Source of the DNA: Promethearchaeati archaeon
GTDB lineage: Archaea > Asgardarchaeota > Heimdallarchaeia > Heimdallarchaeales > Heimdallarchaeaceae
Direction: 5' to 3'
DNA length: 62,988 bases
Assembly: GCA_013166775.1 (NCBI GenBank)
Contig: JABLTJ010000020.1
Span: 1 to 62,988, forward strand
In this document: positions 1-10,523 of the stretch, piece after piece
Position numbering within the stretch: position 1 is the first letter of the stretch
Layout: each line of letters opens with the position of its first letter
Translations under genes and position numbers: made by a program
The notes under the pieces: generated by a model
The model's input: the letters and a program-made list of their open reading frames with translations, nothing else
Told to the model about the DNA's origin: nothing
Databases searched by the model: none

Positions 1-630
1 GCAGGAGCTGATAAATTTGATTGCTTTTTCAGCAAGTATCTTACAGTCGATTGTTTTAGTAACCGTTCAATAAATACTCTAGTATTCGTTTAGTATCTTT
101 GAATTATTGTGATTGTCTAGGGAGTTCTTTCATCATTTCTGTACCACTTGTATTATCACAATTTCATTATTAATCACTAACATTTTTAGAGAAGTGGAAA
201 CCACATCAAGTAAAGTAGGGATAAGAAATTTGAAGTTGAAGAGATTATTTCACATAAAATTCTTAATGTGAAAAAGTATAAAAAGATACTATTAATCATC
301 CAGAACCGAATTATGAAATAAGATACATTAACGATGAACCATATCTGCGAAACACTTATATGTTCTTTTTCCTCTTAGAATTTTTGGTGATGAGCAATAC
401 TAAGCTCACTCAATTATCTCGACCAATCTTTAATCTTACTTAGTTTGGTTTGAGTGTGGAGAATGAGTTTACCTGTATTAATTAAGGAAGTGTTATGATG
501 GAAGAGGAGTTTGGAGATTACTTGCAGACTTTATAGGGTAGCTTATGTCCTGTCTATCTTTCACTTCTTTGATGGTAGGAGTTTGGCTATCCTTGCATTT
601 CTACTATCAGCTCATCATAAATTAAACGGA

Positions 631-1239
631 GTGAAAAAAATTAACAAAAAACTGAGAAATGCCGTAATATTAGTTGCTATGGTGTCAATTTTGGGTTTTT
701 CGACAGCCTTAGTTAAAGGAGATACACTGTATGTAGATGTAGAAATAACAATAAAACAGATTGTTTTTGACCATAACAGAAATGATGGTGATATTATAGG
801 ACCAGGAGAAATAGGTTTCAAAGTTACAGCATATGGTGGAGAAAACTATTTTGACTACTATGGTACTCTAGGTAAAGGTACACATACAATAAGTGGCGTA
901 AGTTTCTTTTTTGAGAGATACCTCCCTTATGCTTACTTCACAATTGAAACTTGGGATAAAGATGGAAGTGATTATGAGAAAGATTTAGTTTTTCGAGCAA
1001 AGCTTGAAGTCGGAAATTCTGGACCATACTCATATGACTACAATGGTGTATGGTGTTATGCAACTTGGTTTATACCATATCCTTCAGGATGGTATCCTGT
1101 TACTAATGACAACCAATATTCTCTTCTTGATTTTAACGTAATTGATATGGATGATGTTGAACATAGCGAAGTTACCCACTATATACCAAAAATGACTATT
1201 GATGTAGATCTTACATATTACTATGCTGGTCCGGGGTAG
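631..1239 (+). CDS. Secreted hypothetical protein, possible C2-like beta-sandwich
   Basis: ORF 511..1239; GTG at 631 gives a signal peptide (KKINKKLRNAVILVAMVSILGFSTALVKG); FTIETWDKDGSDYEKD resembles the C2 'VEVWDxD..D' loop. Confidence 0.6.
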   Translation: MKKINKKLRNAVILVAMVSILGFSTALVKGDTLYVDVEITIKQIVFDHNRNDGDIIGPGEIGFKVTAYGGENYFDYYGTLGKGTHTISGVSFFFERYLPYAYFTIETWDKDGSDYEKDLVFRAKLEVGNSGPYSYDYNGVWCYATWFIPYPSGWYPVTNDNQYSLLDFNVIDMDDVEHSEVTHYIPKMTIDVDLTYYYAGPG

Positions 1240-1262
1240 TATCTACCCACCCACCTTTTTTT
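1233..1262 (+). terminator. Hairpin plus T-tract after the secreted-protein gene
   Basis: GGGTAG-tat-CTACCC stem overlapping the stop codon, followed by a T7 run. Confidence 0.45.
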
Positions 1263-1313
1263 AAAAAAGAAATACATTTAAATAAACAAGTCTTTATATG
1301 AAGTGGATGCAGA

Positions 1314-4037
1314 TTGTTAAACACAGGGAATAGACCTATTAAATATAAGTATATCATTTTACCCCTAGTTTTATCTGCTATTTGTTTCATAACAGTCTAT
1401 TCAAATGATTTAGCAATTTATTATGGTAATTATGATGATATAATCTCAGATTCTTTCTCAGACTACATTATTATAAAAGAAAACGTTTCTTATCTGTATA
1501 CAGAAGAATATAAGGAGACAAATATTAAATCACAACTTCAGCTTGACGAATATCTGCATATAGGTTTTATGTCAAGTACAATTGAAATAGAGCACGCTGA
1601 AACTTTTCCAGTTGCAGTAATTTGGGCACCTGAAGAATTTTATAGTAATCAGTGTAATTTGTCTATTGAAGAAAATGAATTTTTTGTAGACAATTCTTTA
1701 AGAGATAAAAATCTGAATATTTCGCAATCACTCTTTACATCTTTTCAGTTTGCAGGAGATCTTAATGTAAATAGTACTTTATCATTTCAAGGCTTTGTTC
1801 CTGTAAATAAAATAGCTCAGACTAAAATGTTAGAAGCTTTTTTTTCTAAGTATATAAATGGTAATTGTATTCTTATAAACGATAATACATTTGATGGACT
1901 CTTTGACGATTATTTTCATCAAATTGCGACACAAGAAGCTTTCTTATTCAAATTTGATAAATCCAAAATCTATAACCAATTGGTCGAAGATATTATTACT
2001 TATTTAGGAGTTGAAGAAGATAAAATTCACGGAGTATTTGAAGTAGATACTGAAGATATTACCAATGATTCTTCAATTTATCAATATTCATTGAAAGGTC
2101 AATTAGAGCTATTTAATAGTAATTTTGAAGAGGTTAGAATAACTCAAAGAATCTCTCTTTATTTGCTAATATCAATTATTATCATTCTTTCTCTGGTCTT
2201 TACATCTAAAGGTTATTTAAATTCTCAAAAAAGTAAATTTATATTATTCAAGATGAGAGGTGGAAAAGACTTTCAGATATCACTAACGCTTGTTTTAACA
2301 GAAATAAAAGCGGTTGGAATCGTTCTTATTTTAAGCTATATTTACTCGTTAATTTACCTCAAACTCACTGTACCATTTTTTTTGAGGTTTGGTGTAAATT
2401 ACATTAAACTTGCTGGTACCGCTCTAGCATTTGTAGCATTGAGTGGTTCTTTTCAATTATTTCTCCTCATACAAAAATCAAAAAAGGCTACTAAAGAAGA
2501 AAATAGAGATTCTACACTTTTTCGAAAACTCTACAACATAGCTGGAGAAATATTTGTTTCACTTATTCCTATTACTTTTTCTGCTCTATTCTTCATTAAC
2601 ACATATATTCTACTTTTTGGTAGTGAAAATGATATCAATTATTGGATTTTTGGCTTATTTTGTATTGTATTATTGGTTTTCAGCTTATTACTGAAAAAAG
2701 ATCGCATTTCAAAACTAGGAACCCTGATTATCTTATTATTTGCTAAGGTTTATTCTATTCTTAATTATACAAGAGATTTCTCCAGAAAAGTGCTTATAAA
2801 AGAAAAGGGAGTTTCAAAGCTACTGGTGATATTTGTAATGATAATTTCTCTATTCTTCTCTGTGCATGATTCATTTGTTGCATTTGATACAAGAAATGAA
2901 GCTTACAATGAAATTGGTGATTTGACGATTGTTTACCCAATTACCAGTAGTATTGATGTTCACAATCTTCTGAGGGATTATATTGATTCTTCAATAGAGT
3001 TTTATCATACATACTTCGATACAGAGTATATTGGTTTAGCTGATACGCAAGGAATAATTTTACAGCAATTAGATGGTTTTATTATAAATCAGAGTAAAAT
3101 CCAGAACTTATTTGATTCTCAAAAATACATAGAAGAATATTCAGGAGAAAGGAATATAGAAGATATAAAGCAAGAATTTGAAAATAATTCAAATTCCATA
3201 ATTATTCCAAAAGGGCTATCAAACATGCTAGATAAAGATATAGGAAATTCTCTTACTTATACTCACACTTCTACTGGTGAAGTTAGATACTACGGTGAAA
3301 TAATAGATATTGTCAATTCAGTTCCAACATTTTCTTGGTTGAGTTTTTATTATTATACAAATCCTGGTTCTTCTTCTCACCCCCAAAATCCAAACTACAT
3401 CTTACTAAATGGCAACATCTCAGATGTATCATCATATGAATTTCTTGAATCATTATCAATTCTCTTCTTGAAAAACAATACTAATAAAAACCAGCTTAAA
3501 TCTTTGATTGGTTTATGGAATGATGATTATCATTATGATATTTCTATAATTGATTTTGGCAACACTAAATTCGTTACAGAATTCGCAGATGTATTTTTGA
3601 ATTCTGAACAGCTGATTACAATAATTGTAATTATAAGTATAGCACTAAGTTACTACATTTTTGAATATTGTAGACAGATTTTCGATGATCAGCTTAATGG
3701 TTTCAGTGTTTTCTTTGCAAGAGGAACATCAATTAAACAGGGTATCTTCCTTGCTTTGGTTCCTCTGCTTTTATTTCTATATTTTCTTATGATATTAGGG
3801 AATCTTTTTGGATGGCTTTTTACATTAATTCTCTCCAGCAATTTTCAACCTTATGATTATCTGAAAATAGGATTGTCAGTTTTTCCTTATTCTTTATTTG
3901 TGCTCCTTTTACAATTTGTGTATCTAACTACTATTACTTGTTTCTCTGGATTTATTTATTTTTGGAAGTTAAAAAAAGCTTTACCACCTATCAAACAGAT
4001 TGACAATCCTCTATTTCAATTGGAGGAACAAGAATGA
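1314..4037 (+). CDS. FtsX/MacB-like ABC permease (two extracytoplasmic domains, two TM clusters)
   Basis: Duplicated TM-cluster architecture; 'LFKMRGG' and 'FFARG' motifs typical of FtsX-type permeases; adjacent ABC ATPase. Confidence 0.65.
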   Translation: MLNTGNRPIKYKYIILPLVLSAICFITVYSNDLAIYYGNYDDIISDSFSDYIIIKENVSYLYTEEYKETNIKSQLQLDEYLHIGFMSSTIEIEHAETFPVAVIWAPEEFYSNQCNLSIEENEFFVDNSLRDKNLNISQSLFTSFQFAGDLNVNSTLSFQGFVPVNKIAQTKMLEAFFSKYINGNCILINDNTFDGLFDDYFHQIATQEAFLFKFDKSKIYNQLVEDIITYLGVEEDKIHGVFEVDTEDITNDSSIYQYSLKGQLELFNSNFEEVRITQRISLYLLISIIIILSLVFTSKGYLNSQKSKFILFKMRGGKDFQISLTLVLTEIKAVGIVLILSYIYSLIYLKLTVPFFLRFGVNYIKLAGTALAFVALSGSFQLFLLIQKSKKATKEENRDSTLFRKLYNIAGEIFVSLIPITFSALFFINTYILLFGSENDINYWIFGLFCIVLLVFSLLLKKDRISKLGTLIILLFAKVYSILNYTRDFSRKVLIKEKGVSKLLVIFVMIISLFFSVHDSFVAFDTRNEAYNEIGDLTIVYPITSSIDVHNLLRDYIDSSIEFYHTYFDTEYIGLADTQGIILQQLDGFIINQSKIQNLFDSQKYIEEYSGERNIEDIKQEFENNSNSIIIPKGLSNMLDKDIGNSLTYTHTSTGEVRYYGEIIDIVNSVPTFSWLSFYYYTNPGSSSHPQNPNYILLNGNISDVSSYEFLESLSILFLKNNTNKNQLKSLIGLWNDDYHYDISIIDFGNTKFVTEFADVFLNSEQLITIIVIISIALSYYIFEYCRQIFDDQLNGFSVFFARGTSIKQGIFLALVPLLLFLYFLMILGNLFGWLFTLILSSNFQPYDYLKIGLSVFPYSLFVLLLQFVYLTTITCFSGFIYFWKLKKALPPIKQIDNPLFQLEEQE

Positions 4038-6649
4038 AGCTATTATCATTACTGAAAAAAGGACAGAAAAAGACCTTGCTATACGAGGGCATAATTATTT
4101 TATTTCTGTTTGTTTCATCTTCATTTTCGCTCTCATTATTCACATCTGATTATTATAGCAAGTGGTCAACTCTTGTACAAACTCAAAATAAAGCTGATTT
4201 TGAAGTTCTAGTAGAACAGAGTTTTTCTAACTATCTATCTTCGTATACATCTTTCTCTGGTCGTTTCAAAGACTATAATTATCGTTCAATGGATTTAGTT
4301 CCAAAAACATTCATTAACCTAAATTATAGTGGTTTTTACTTCACAAATTATAATCTTATCTTGCTAAATTCTGATTTATTGACCGCTCTTAATTTGACTC
4401 TAGATAACGATGAAGCTGTACTATTTCACCAAAGCGATTATGAAATTGAGTTAGGTAGCCTATTTATTGAGTGGAATTTCCCCTCTTATAATGAAAGCAT
4501 TTCTTTGCTAGATTCAGTAAATGAGACTGTTTTTTTAGATGTTTTTATGAATTTTGAAGATTTAATAATTAGCAATAATCTTCACAATCTGAATATTCTT
4601 ATGTCAGAAGATTCTTTCTTTAACTTTGCAATTACAGTTGGCTATGATTCTCTTTTAAGTTTAGCATCTAACGAGACTACTTATCATTTCACATATTTTC
4701 AATGGGACAAAACTTCTACGGTAAATTATCTTCCGAAAAAAGTTGTGGAATTACACAATCATTGGACAAGTAGCATTAGATTTGATTTTTTTGATTTTTA
4801 TAGCTTTTTTGAAGAAAATAGAGATTTAACTATTATTCTAACTTTTAATGGTAAGGAGACGAATGCGTCACTTCTAAATATATCATTACTAGTTATAATT
4901 ATTACTGGAGTTTTTCTCTTTTCCACCTATCTTTTTCTTAAAAATAATCTAAGAGAATTGAGAAAAATCTTGAAGGTTTTTACAGAGAGGGGTGCTGGTT
5001 ACTCACAATTAGTAAAAAGGATTGTTTTGCTCCAAACCTCTGTATTAATGATTAGTTTAGCAATTTCTTCCATTTTAACTTTTATTGTGTTATTCATTAA
5101 TGGGTCAAGTAAATGGGTATTTTCCAAGATTTTGATGTCTGTTGATCTTTGCATAATTTTTGTTTGTGTAATTATTTTCCAATATTCTCTAACTTCAGCC
5201 ATCCGATTTAGAGACATTTCAAATAAACAAGCTGAGAAAAAATATTCTAAATCAAAAAAGATTAGCATATTGATTCAGACAACAACTATGGTATTAGTTG
5301 TTGTCTCTATTACACTCTTTTGGACTTTGAATAAGGTAACATTTCAGTTGCAATATCTTTCCACAGGATGGATCTGGACAATTTCCTTAAGTTTCTTTGT
5401 TTTTTGCACTTTACTAGTTTTTTCTCCTAAATTAGTTGTACTAGTAATGAGAAAAACCCTCAGTAGGATTTTATCAGTTCTTACTTCTTTACATTTATTT
5501 ATTTCTAAGCTCTTCTTATCCATATATAGAACAAAAAAACAATTGTGGTTTCTATACTTTTTCCTAATTTTCTTTACATCCTTCCTATCTTCAAGTTTTA
5601 TAACATTAAGACAACACAGCGACCAATATTATTCATCTCAGAAATTATTAGATGTCTCAATTGTTGTTAATTCAGACAGTATTCCCGAAATAATTCAGGA
5701 ATATGGGAATACAGAGTATATTGTTTCTTATATGGATAGTGTTTTTTCTGGACAAATTTTTGAGAGTTTTATCTATATTACTAACCCCTTGAAATTTTAT
5801 GATCATATGATTTTTACTAAGAACTATTTCCAAGAACTTTCTAACTATGAGGTTTTCCAACAGTTGAACAGTTCTATTGATAATGTAATAACATCTAGTC
5901 AAATCATGCAACAACATCACTTTTCAATTTCTGATGATATTTCTGTACCAAAATTCTCATCGAATGGAAGTATATTTTATGAGAAAAAAACTCTGATTGA
6001 CTATACAACCTATCTACCTTTTTACTCGAATCTATTAGGAGATTCTTGGTATATAATGAAATATGCTGAAAATGATAACATTACAAAATTCCAAAGTGCA
6101 ATTTTTAGTTTTAGAGAGAATATCGAAAATATACACGAGTTTTATAGCTATTTAGAAGAAGAGAAAATGGTGGACTTAGTACTTCATGGTAAAAATAATA
6201 GTAATTTGGAAATTTACACAAATGAACAACTATTGCAGAATCTTAAAATTACATTAGTTTTTGTAAATCTGGTGATACCAGTGATCCTTACCCTAATCCT
6301 AGTTGATATAAAACGAGAAGCAAAGAAGCAATTAGATTTCCTGAAAATAAGAGGTATGAAGACACCTCTATCCACCTCATCTCTATTGTTATGGTTCACA
6401 AGTCATACACTTCTTGCATCTGCTTTTGCTGTAATTTTAGCAGTTTTTGGTCTTCAAATTATCCTATCTATCTACAATATTTCAAATAATTTTCCAATAA
6501 TTATAGAAATCTCATGGTTATCATTTATTACTCCCATCTTCTTGATTCTTCTTGGATTACTTCAACCAGTTGAATCATTTTTGCATTTTAAGAACTTAGG
6601 ACGATTAAAATATAAAAAACAAAAAAATGAAAGTGAGAAAGATGAATAA
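4034..6649 (+). CDS. FtsX/MacB-like ABC permease, paralog
   Basis: ATGA overlap with the previous gene; 'VFTERGA' and 'FLKIRGM' motifs; same topology. Confidence 0.65.
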   Translation: MKLLSLLKKGQKKTLLYEGIIILFLFVSSSFSLSLFTSDYYSKWSTLVQTQNKADFEVLVEQSFSNYLSSYTSFSGRFKDYNYRSMDLVPKTFINLNYSGFYFTNYNLILLNSDLLTALNLTLDNDEAVLFHQSDYEIELGSLFIEWNFPSYNESISLLDSVNETVFLDVFMNFEDLIISNNLHNLNILMSEDSFFNFAITVGYDSLLSLASNETTYHFTYFQWDKTSTVNYLPKKVVELHNHWTSSIRFDFFDFYSFFEENRDLTIILTFNGKETNASLLNISLLVIIITGVFLFSTYLFLKNNLRELRKILKVFTERGAGYSQLVKRIVLLQTSVLMISLAISSILTFIVLFINGSSKWVFSKILMSVDLCIIFVCVIIFQYSLTSAIRFRDISNKQAEKKYSKSKKISILIQTTTMVLVVVSITLFWTLNKVTFQLQYLSTGWIWTISLSFFVFCTLLVFSPKLVVLVMRKTLSRILSVLTSLHLFISKLFLSIYRTKKQLWFLYFFLIFFTSFLSSSFITLRQHSDQYYSSQKLLDVSIVVNSDSIPEIIQEYGNTEYIVSYMDSVFSGQIFESFIYITNPLKFYDHMIFTKNYFQELSNYEVFQQLNSSIDNVITSSQIMQQHHFSISDDISVPKFSSNGSIFYEKKTLIDYTTYLPFYSNLLGDSWYIMKYAENDNITKFQSAIFSFRENIENIHEFYSYLEEEKMVDLVLHGKNNSNLEIYTNEQLLQNLKITLVFVNLVIPVILTLILVDIKREAKKQLDFLKIRGMKTPLSTSSLLLWFTSHTLLASAFAVILAVFGLQIILSIYNISNNFPIIIEISWLSFITPIFLILLGLLQPVESFLHFKNLGRLKYKKQKNESEKDE

Positions 6650-7325
6650 AAAAGAACAGATAATAAAGGTACTAGATTTAGTTCATGTATATAAAGGTAA
6701 AGTGGAGACTATAGCTCTTCCAGGAATAAATTTAAACATTAACAAAGGTGAAAGAGTAGTTGTACGCGGCAAATCTGGCATTGGTAAATCGACTCTTCTC
6801 CATTGTCTAGCGGGTATTTTAAGGCCAACTGCTGGAAAAATACTTGTTGAATTCAAAAATATAGTTGAGTATGATGAAGATCAACTAGCCGAGTATAGAT
6901 GTAAAACCATTGGCTTAATTTATCAATCCTATAATTTGGCCCCCTTTCTTACAGTAAAAGAAAACATTGAATTCCCTATGGTTTTAGCAAAAATAGTTAA
7001 AGAGAAAAGAGAAAAACGGATTAATGAGCTTGTGGAAATGCTTGAGATAGATCGTTACCTTAAACAGAAACCCCCATACCTCAGTGGAGGAGAACAGCAA
7101 AGAGTTGCGATGGCAGTTGCATTAGCTAATAATCCTCTAATTATTCTAGCGGATGAACCAACAGGCAATTTAGATTCTGAAATTTCTACAACTGTATATG
7201 AGCTCCTTTCAAACATGTCTATAGCATACAATACAACATTGGTTATAGCTTCCCATGACCCAGAAGCATCCAAATATGCAGATAGGGAAATTGTTTTAGC
7301 AAAGATCAAATCACAGGAATTATGA
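6642..7325 (+). CDS. ABC transporter ATP-binding protein, LolD/MacB family
   Basis: GKSGIGKS, LSGGEQQRVA, ILADEPTGNLD; alternative start at 6627. Confidence 0.95.
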   Translation: MNKKEQIIKVLDLVHVYKGKVETIALPGINLNINKGERVVVRGKSGIGKSTLLHCLAGILRPTAGKILVEFKNIVEYDEDQLAEYRCKTIGLIYQSYNLAPFLTVKENIEFPMVLAKIVKEKREKRINELVEMLEIDRYLKQKPPYLSGGEQQRVAMAVALANNPLIILADEPTGNLDSEISTTVYELLSNMSIAYNTTLVIASHDPEASKYADREIVLAKIKSQEL

Positions 7326-7549
7326 TGTGTTTCGTCATCTTATGATATAAACAAGAATAATTAATAAGTGATGAAGCCTATCAATTCTTAAAACAAATTC
7401 TTTATGCCTTTGATTTCCACAACATTCTAACAACTTAATGATAAAAGTTACATACGGGTTTTGAGTAAAAAAGAGTGAAAAGTAATTTGTTTCAAATTAT
7501 AGATTGGTTTAGATAGAGGGTTGAGAGAGAGTTCAATATAGATAGAGCA

Positions 7550-7912
7550 GTGATTTATGGAAATGGTTCCTTTTCTATCACAATCGTAATTATGGCTAAC
7601 TTCACAAATGTTTCGATTGACACACAAGGTTCTCTTATTATTTTTAATGCATTTGTAATTGACACTAATAACAATTCATTTTTTGATTCTTATTATTATT
7701 TTTACAAAGCTTCGATAACCAACTCATCGCTTTTTGGAATTGCTATTGTTTTGAGACACTCAGAAGGAGATTCTGTTGGAATAAAAGGTATGAGGGTTTG
7801 TGAATTTCAAGGATATATTAATGGTACTTTTTCAATAGGACAACAAATTAATTTCATACTCACACATCACTACAGAGAAGATAAGTTTTCTATTTTATTC
7901 AATTCATATTAA
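7550..7912 (+). CDS. Hypothetical protein or gene fragment
   Basis: 120-aa ORF with beta-rich, secreted-like composition, no clear signal peptide; start uncertain. Confidence 0.35.
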   Translation: MIYGNGSFSITIVIMANFTNVSIDTQGSLIIFNAFVIDTNNNSFFDSYYYFYKASITNSSLFGIAIVLRHSEGDSVGIKGMRVCEFQGYINGTFSIGQQINFILTHHYREDKFSILFNSY

Positions 7913-7990
7913 ACTATTGTTCTCTAAAATTTAAACCAATAATTGACATTTATGCTATTTTACGAAGTGTTTATCTTTTTTTTACTTTTT

Positions 7991-8638
7991 CTAGATTACT
8001 CCACCAATAATAGCAACATAATGTAATGAAGCTCCTACAATTATCAAAACATGGAATATATCATGAAATACAAATACACCTGGGAAAGGTTTCTGTTTGT
8101 TAATTGCATGGAAAATTGCTCCTATTGTATATGCTAATCCTCCGAAAAGAACAAGTAAAAAGACTCGAAGAGATAATCCTTTGAACATATAATCTATTCG
8201 AATTGCTATCATCCACCCCATTACTAAGTAGATCCCAACATCAAGCCAGGTAGGAATATTTACTGCAAGAATTTTGAGTATTGTTCCAAATGCAACAAAC
8301 CCCCATTGCAGTGAGATTATTGTCCATTTAAAGATTCCATCTAAATACAAGTAAGAAACGATAGTGTATGAACCTGCAATCATGAAGTAGATAGCTATGT
8401 GATCTAACTGTCTCCAAAAAGAAACTTCATCACTTTCTTTTTTTAGAGTGTGAAAGACTGAGCTTCCTGTAAACATAAAACAGATACAGAAAGAATAAAG
8501 TATACTTATTGCTAAAAGAGCATTATCTTTTCTTGTTATGTAAATTAGATAGATTGAACCTATAATTGCAAATACTAAAGCTACAGAATGAGAATAAGCG
8601 GCAAATCTTTCAGTGGGTATTGGTTTGCGGAGATTCAT
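7991..8638 (-). CDS. Hemolysin III / PAQR family membrane protein
   Basis: SH..A, SSVFH, LDHIAIYFMIAGSYT, HDIFHVL motifs; 7 TM. Confidence 0.93.
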   Translation of the reverse strand: MNLRKPIPTERFAAYSHSVALVFAIIGSIYLIYITRKDNALLAISILYSFCICFMFTGSSVFHTLKKESDEVSFWRQLDHIAIYFMIAGSYTIVSYLYLDGIFKWTIISLQWGFVAFGTILKILAVNIPTWLDVGIYLVMGWMIAIRIDYMFKGLSLRVFLLVLFGGLAYTIGAIFHAINKQKPFPGVFVFHDIFHVLIIVGASLHYVAIIGGVI

Positions 8639-8860
8639 ACTATTGATTGAATGAATCTATCTCACGTATAATAATATGTGTGATACTTGATGATTTAACG
8701 AAATATTTATCTTTAGTAAAAAATCTCTTTTCTCTTGAATTCTTTTTTATAACAAAAGTTATATACTCGTTTTGAGTAAAAATGAGTGAAAAGAAATTTG
8801 CTTTCAAAATTAAAAGTGAAATAAGTATATAATATTGAAAAGACAAAGGTGTAAAAGAAA

Positions 8861-10075
8861 ATGAAAGCTGTTATTCTTGCTGGAGGAAAAGGTACTGATT
8901 TGTTTCCTTTAACCCAAACAAGGCCAAAGCCTATGATAACTCTGCTTGGGAAACCTATTCTTCAGTATTTAATTAAGGAATTGAAAGAGATTGGTTTAAC
9001 TGACATATTGATTGTTACTGGTTATAAGGGAGAACAAATTCGTGATTATTTCAAGAAGGGGAGCGATTTTGGTGTTTGTATTCACTATGCAGACCAGGGT
9101 GAAAGTATAGGTATAGAAGCTGCTCTTCTAGCTGCAGAGGATTTTGTTAAAAATGAGAGTGAATTCTTGCTTCTATTCGGAGATGTAGTTTCAGAGAAAG
9201 GATTAATGCTAAGGGCACTGAATGCTTTTGAGAACACTCAAGCTGATATGACCATGACTCTTACTCTCCAAGGAGACACTGGAGATTTTGGTATGGTTGA
9301 TATTGATTCAATGGGGATGGTTAAGAAGGCAGGCATTAAGAAAGCAGATCCGCAGTCTCAAAGCAATTATGTAGATGCCGGATGCTTCGTAATTAGAACT
9401 GATATATTTGAAGAAATAAAGAATAAAGCAACTTTGAGTCAAGCAATAAACAATAGAATTGAAAAGGGAGATAAAGTAGCTGCTGCTATTTGGGAGAAAG
9501 ATTGGATAGATATAGGAAAACCATGGAACATTATTGAAGCTAATAAATTATTACTTTCCAAACTTACCGTATCTAAAATTGCAAAGGATGTTTACATATC
9601 ATCCAATGTTGAGCTAAAAAACGTTGTAATAATTGATGAAAATACCGAAATCAGTTCTGGAACAGTCTTAAATGGTCCATTATACATTGGACCAAACAGT
9701 TACATTGGAAATAACGTTTTAATTAGAAATCATTGCTCTATTGGGAAGGGATCGATTGTCGGTTTTGGTAGTGAAATTAAGAACTCTGTTTTGTTTGATG
9801 AATCAAAAGTTTATCGCTTATGTTACGTTGGAGACAGTGTAATTGGTCAGAATAGTGTCCTTTCGTCTGGAGTGATTACAGTAAACACAGAAACGCCTAA
9901 AAAAGAAGTAATAATGAACATAAACGGAGAAAAAATGAATACAGGCTTAATGAAACTTGGTGCTATTGTGGGAGATAATTGTGAAATCGGTGTTAATACA
10001 CTAATACTGCCTGGTCGGAAAATTGCATCGGGTTCCACCATTGCTCCAGGATCAATAATTAAAGAAGACTCTTAA
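8861..10075 (+). CDS. GlmU-like sugar-1-phosphate nucleotidyltransferase with left-handed beta-helix domain
   Basis: ILAGGKGT..PLT..RPKPM; hexapeptide repeats; YVGDSVIG, KLGAIVGD. Confidence 0.85.
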   Translation: MKAVILAGGKGTDLFPLTQTRPKPMITLLGKPILQYLIKELKEIGLTDILIVTGYKGEQIRDYFKKGSDFGVCIHYADQGESIGIEAALLAAEDFVKNESEFLLLFGDVVSEKGLMLRALNAFENTQADMTMTLTLQGDTGDFGMVDIDSMGMVKKAGIKKADPQSQSNYVDAGCFVIRTDIFEEIKNKATLSQAINNRIEKGDKVAAAIWEKDWIDIGKPWNIIEANKLLLSKLTVSKIAKDVYISSNVELKNVVIIDENTEISSGTVLNGPLYIGPNSYIGNNVLIRNHCSIGKGSIVGFGSEIKNSVLFDESKVYRLCYVGDSVIGQNSVLSSGVITVNTETPKKEVIMNINGEKMNTGLMKLGAIVGDNCEIGVNTLILPGRKIASGSTIAPGSIIKEDS

Positions 10076-10143
10076 TTAAGTAGGAAATAACAGAAATAAA
10101 AGAAAAAGAGAGAAATCTTCATAGAACTTTAGCTTCTTGTGAT

Positions 10144-10419
10144 TCAATAATCAAAGTCTGTAATCTCAAGAAGTGTTATGATCTGTAGTAGCATTGTTCT
10201 TGCGTGAGCAGGACAATTTGGATCTTGAGATATTTCATCTAAGATTTCGATTGCATTATTTGCTTTTACTGCTAGACTTAATTCTGAATCTGGTTCTCGA
10301 ATTATCTCTAGTGAGTTTAATGCTGCTCTTCTAATGTTTCTAGGAACAGTTGTATCTTCACTTATTCTCTCTAAAAGATGAACTGCTTCGTTTATCTGTT
10401 CGAGGGTATCATCGCTCAT
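10144..10419 (-). CDS. UPF0147 family protein
   Basis: DTTVPRNIRRAA and ILDEISQDPNCP.HART motifs. Confidence 0.9.
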   Translation of the reverse strand: MSDDTLEQINEAVHLLERISEDTTVPRNIRRAALNSLEIIREPDSELSLAVKANNAIEILDEISQDPNCPAHARTMLLQIITLLEITDFDY

Positions 10420-10523
10420 TTTAGCACCTCAATAAAAAGTTGTGTCCAAATCATGACTGTTTCTTTATTTTTTAATGATTTCGGTAGAAGAAAATATTAT
10501 TTTCAAAAAAAACAGTTAAAAGT

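Noticed and set aside
385-460. Box C-like GTGATGA and a CACTCAA/TTGAGTG stem upstream of the first gene
   Set aside because: No matching box D, and the stem is weak evidence for an ncRNA
511-630. N-terminal extension of the first ORF from TTG 511
   Set aside because: The signal peptide begins at about 631, so the extension is probably untranslated
8640-8846. 68-aa ORF between the hemolysin III and GlmU-like genes
   Set aside because: AT-rich divergent promoter region with no protein-like features
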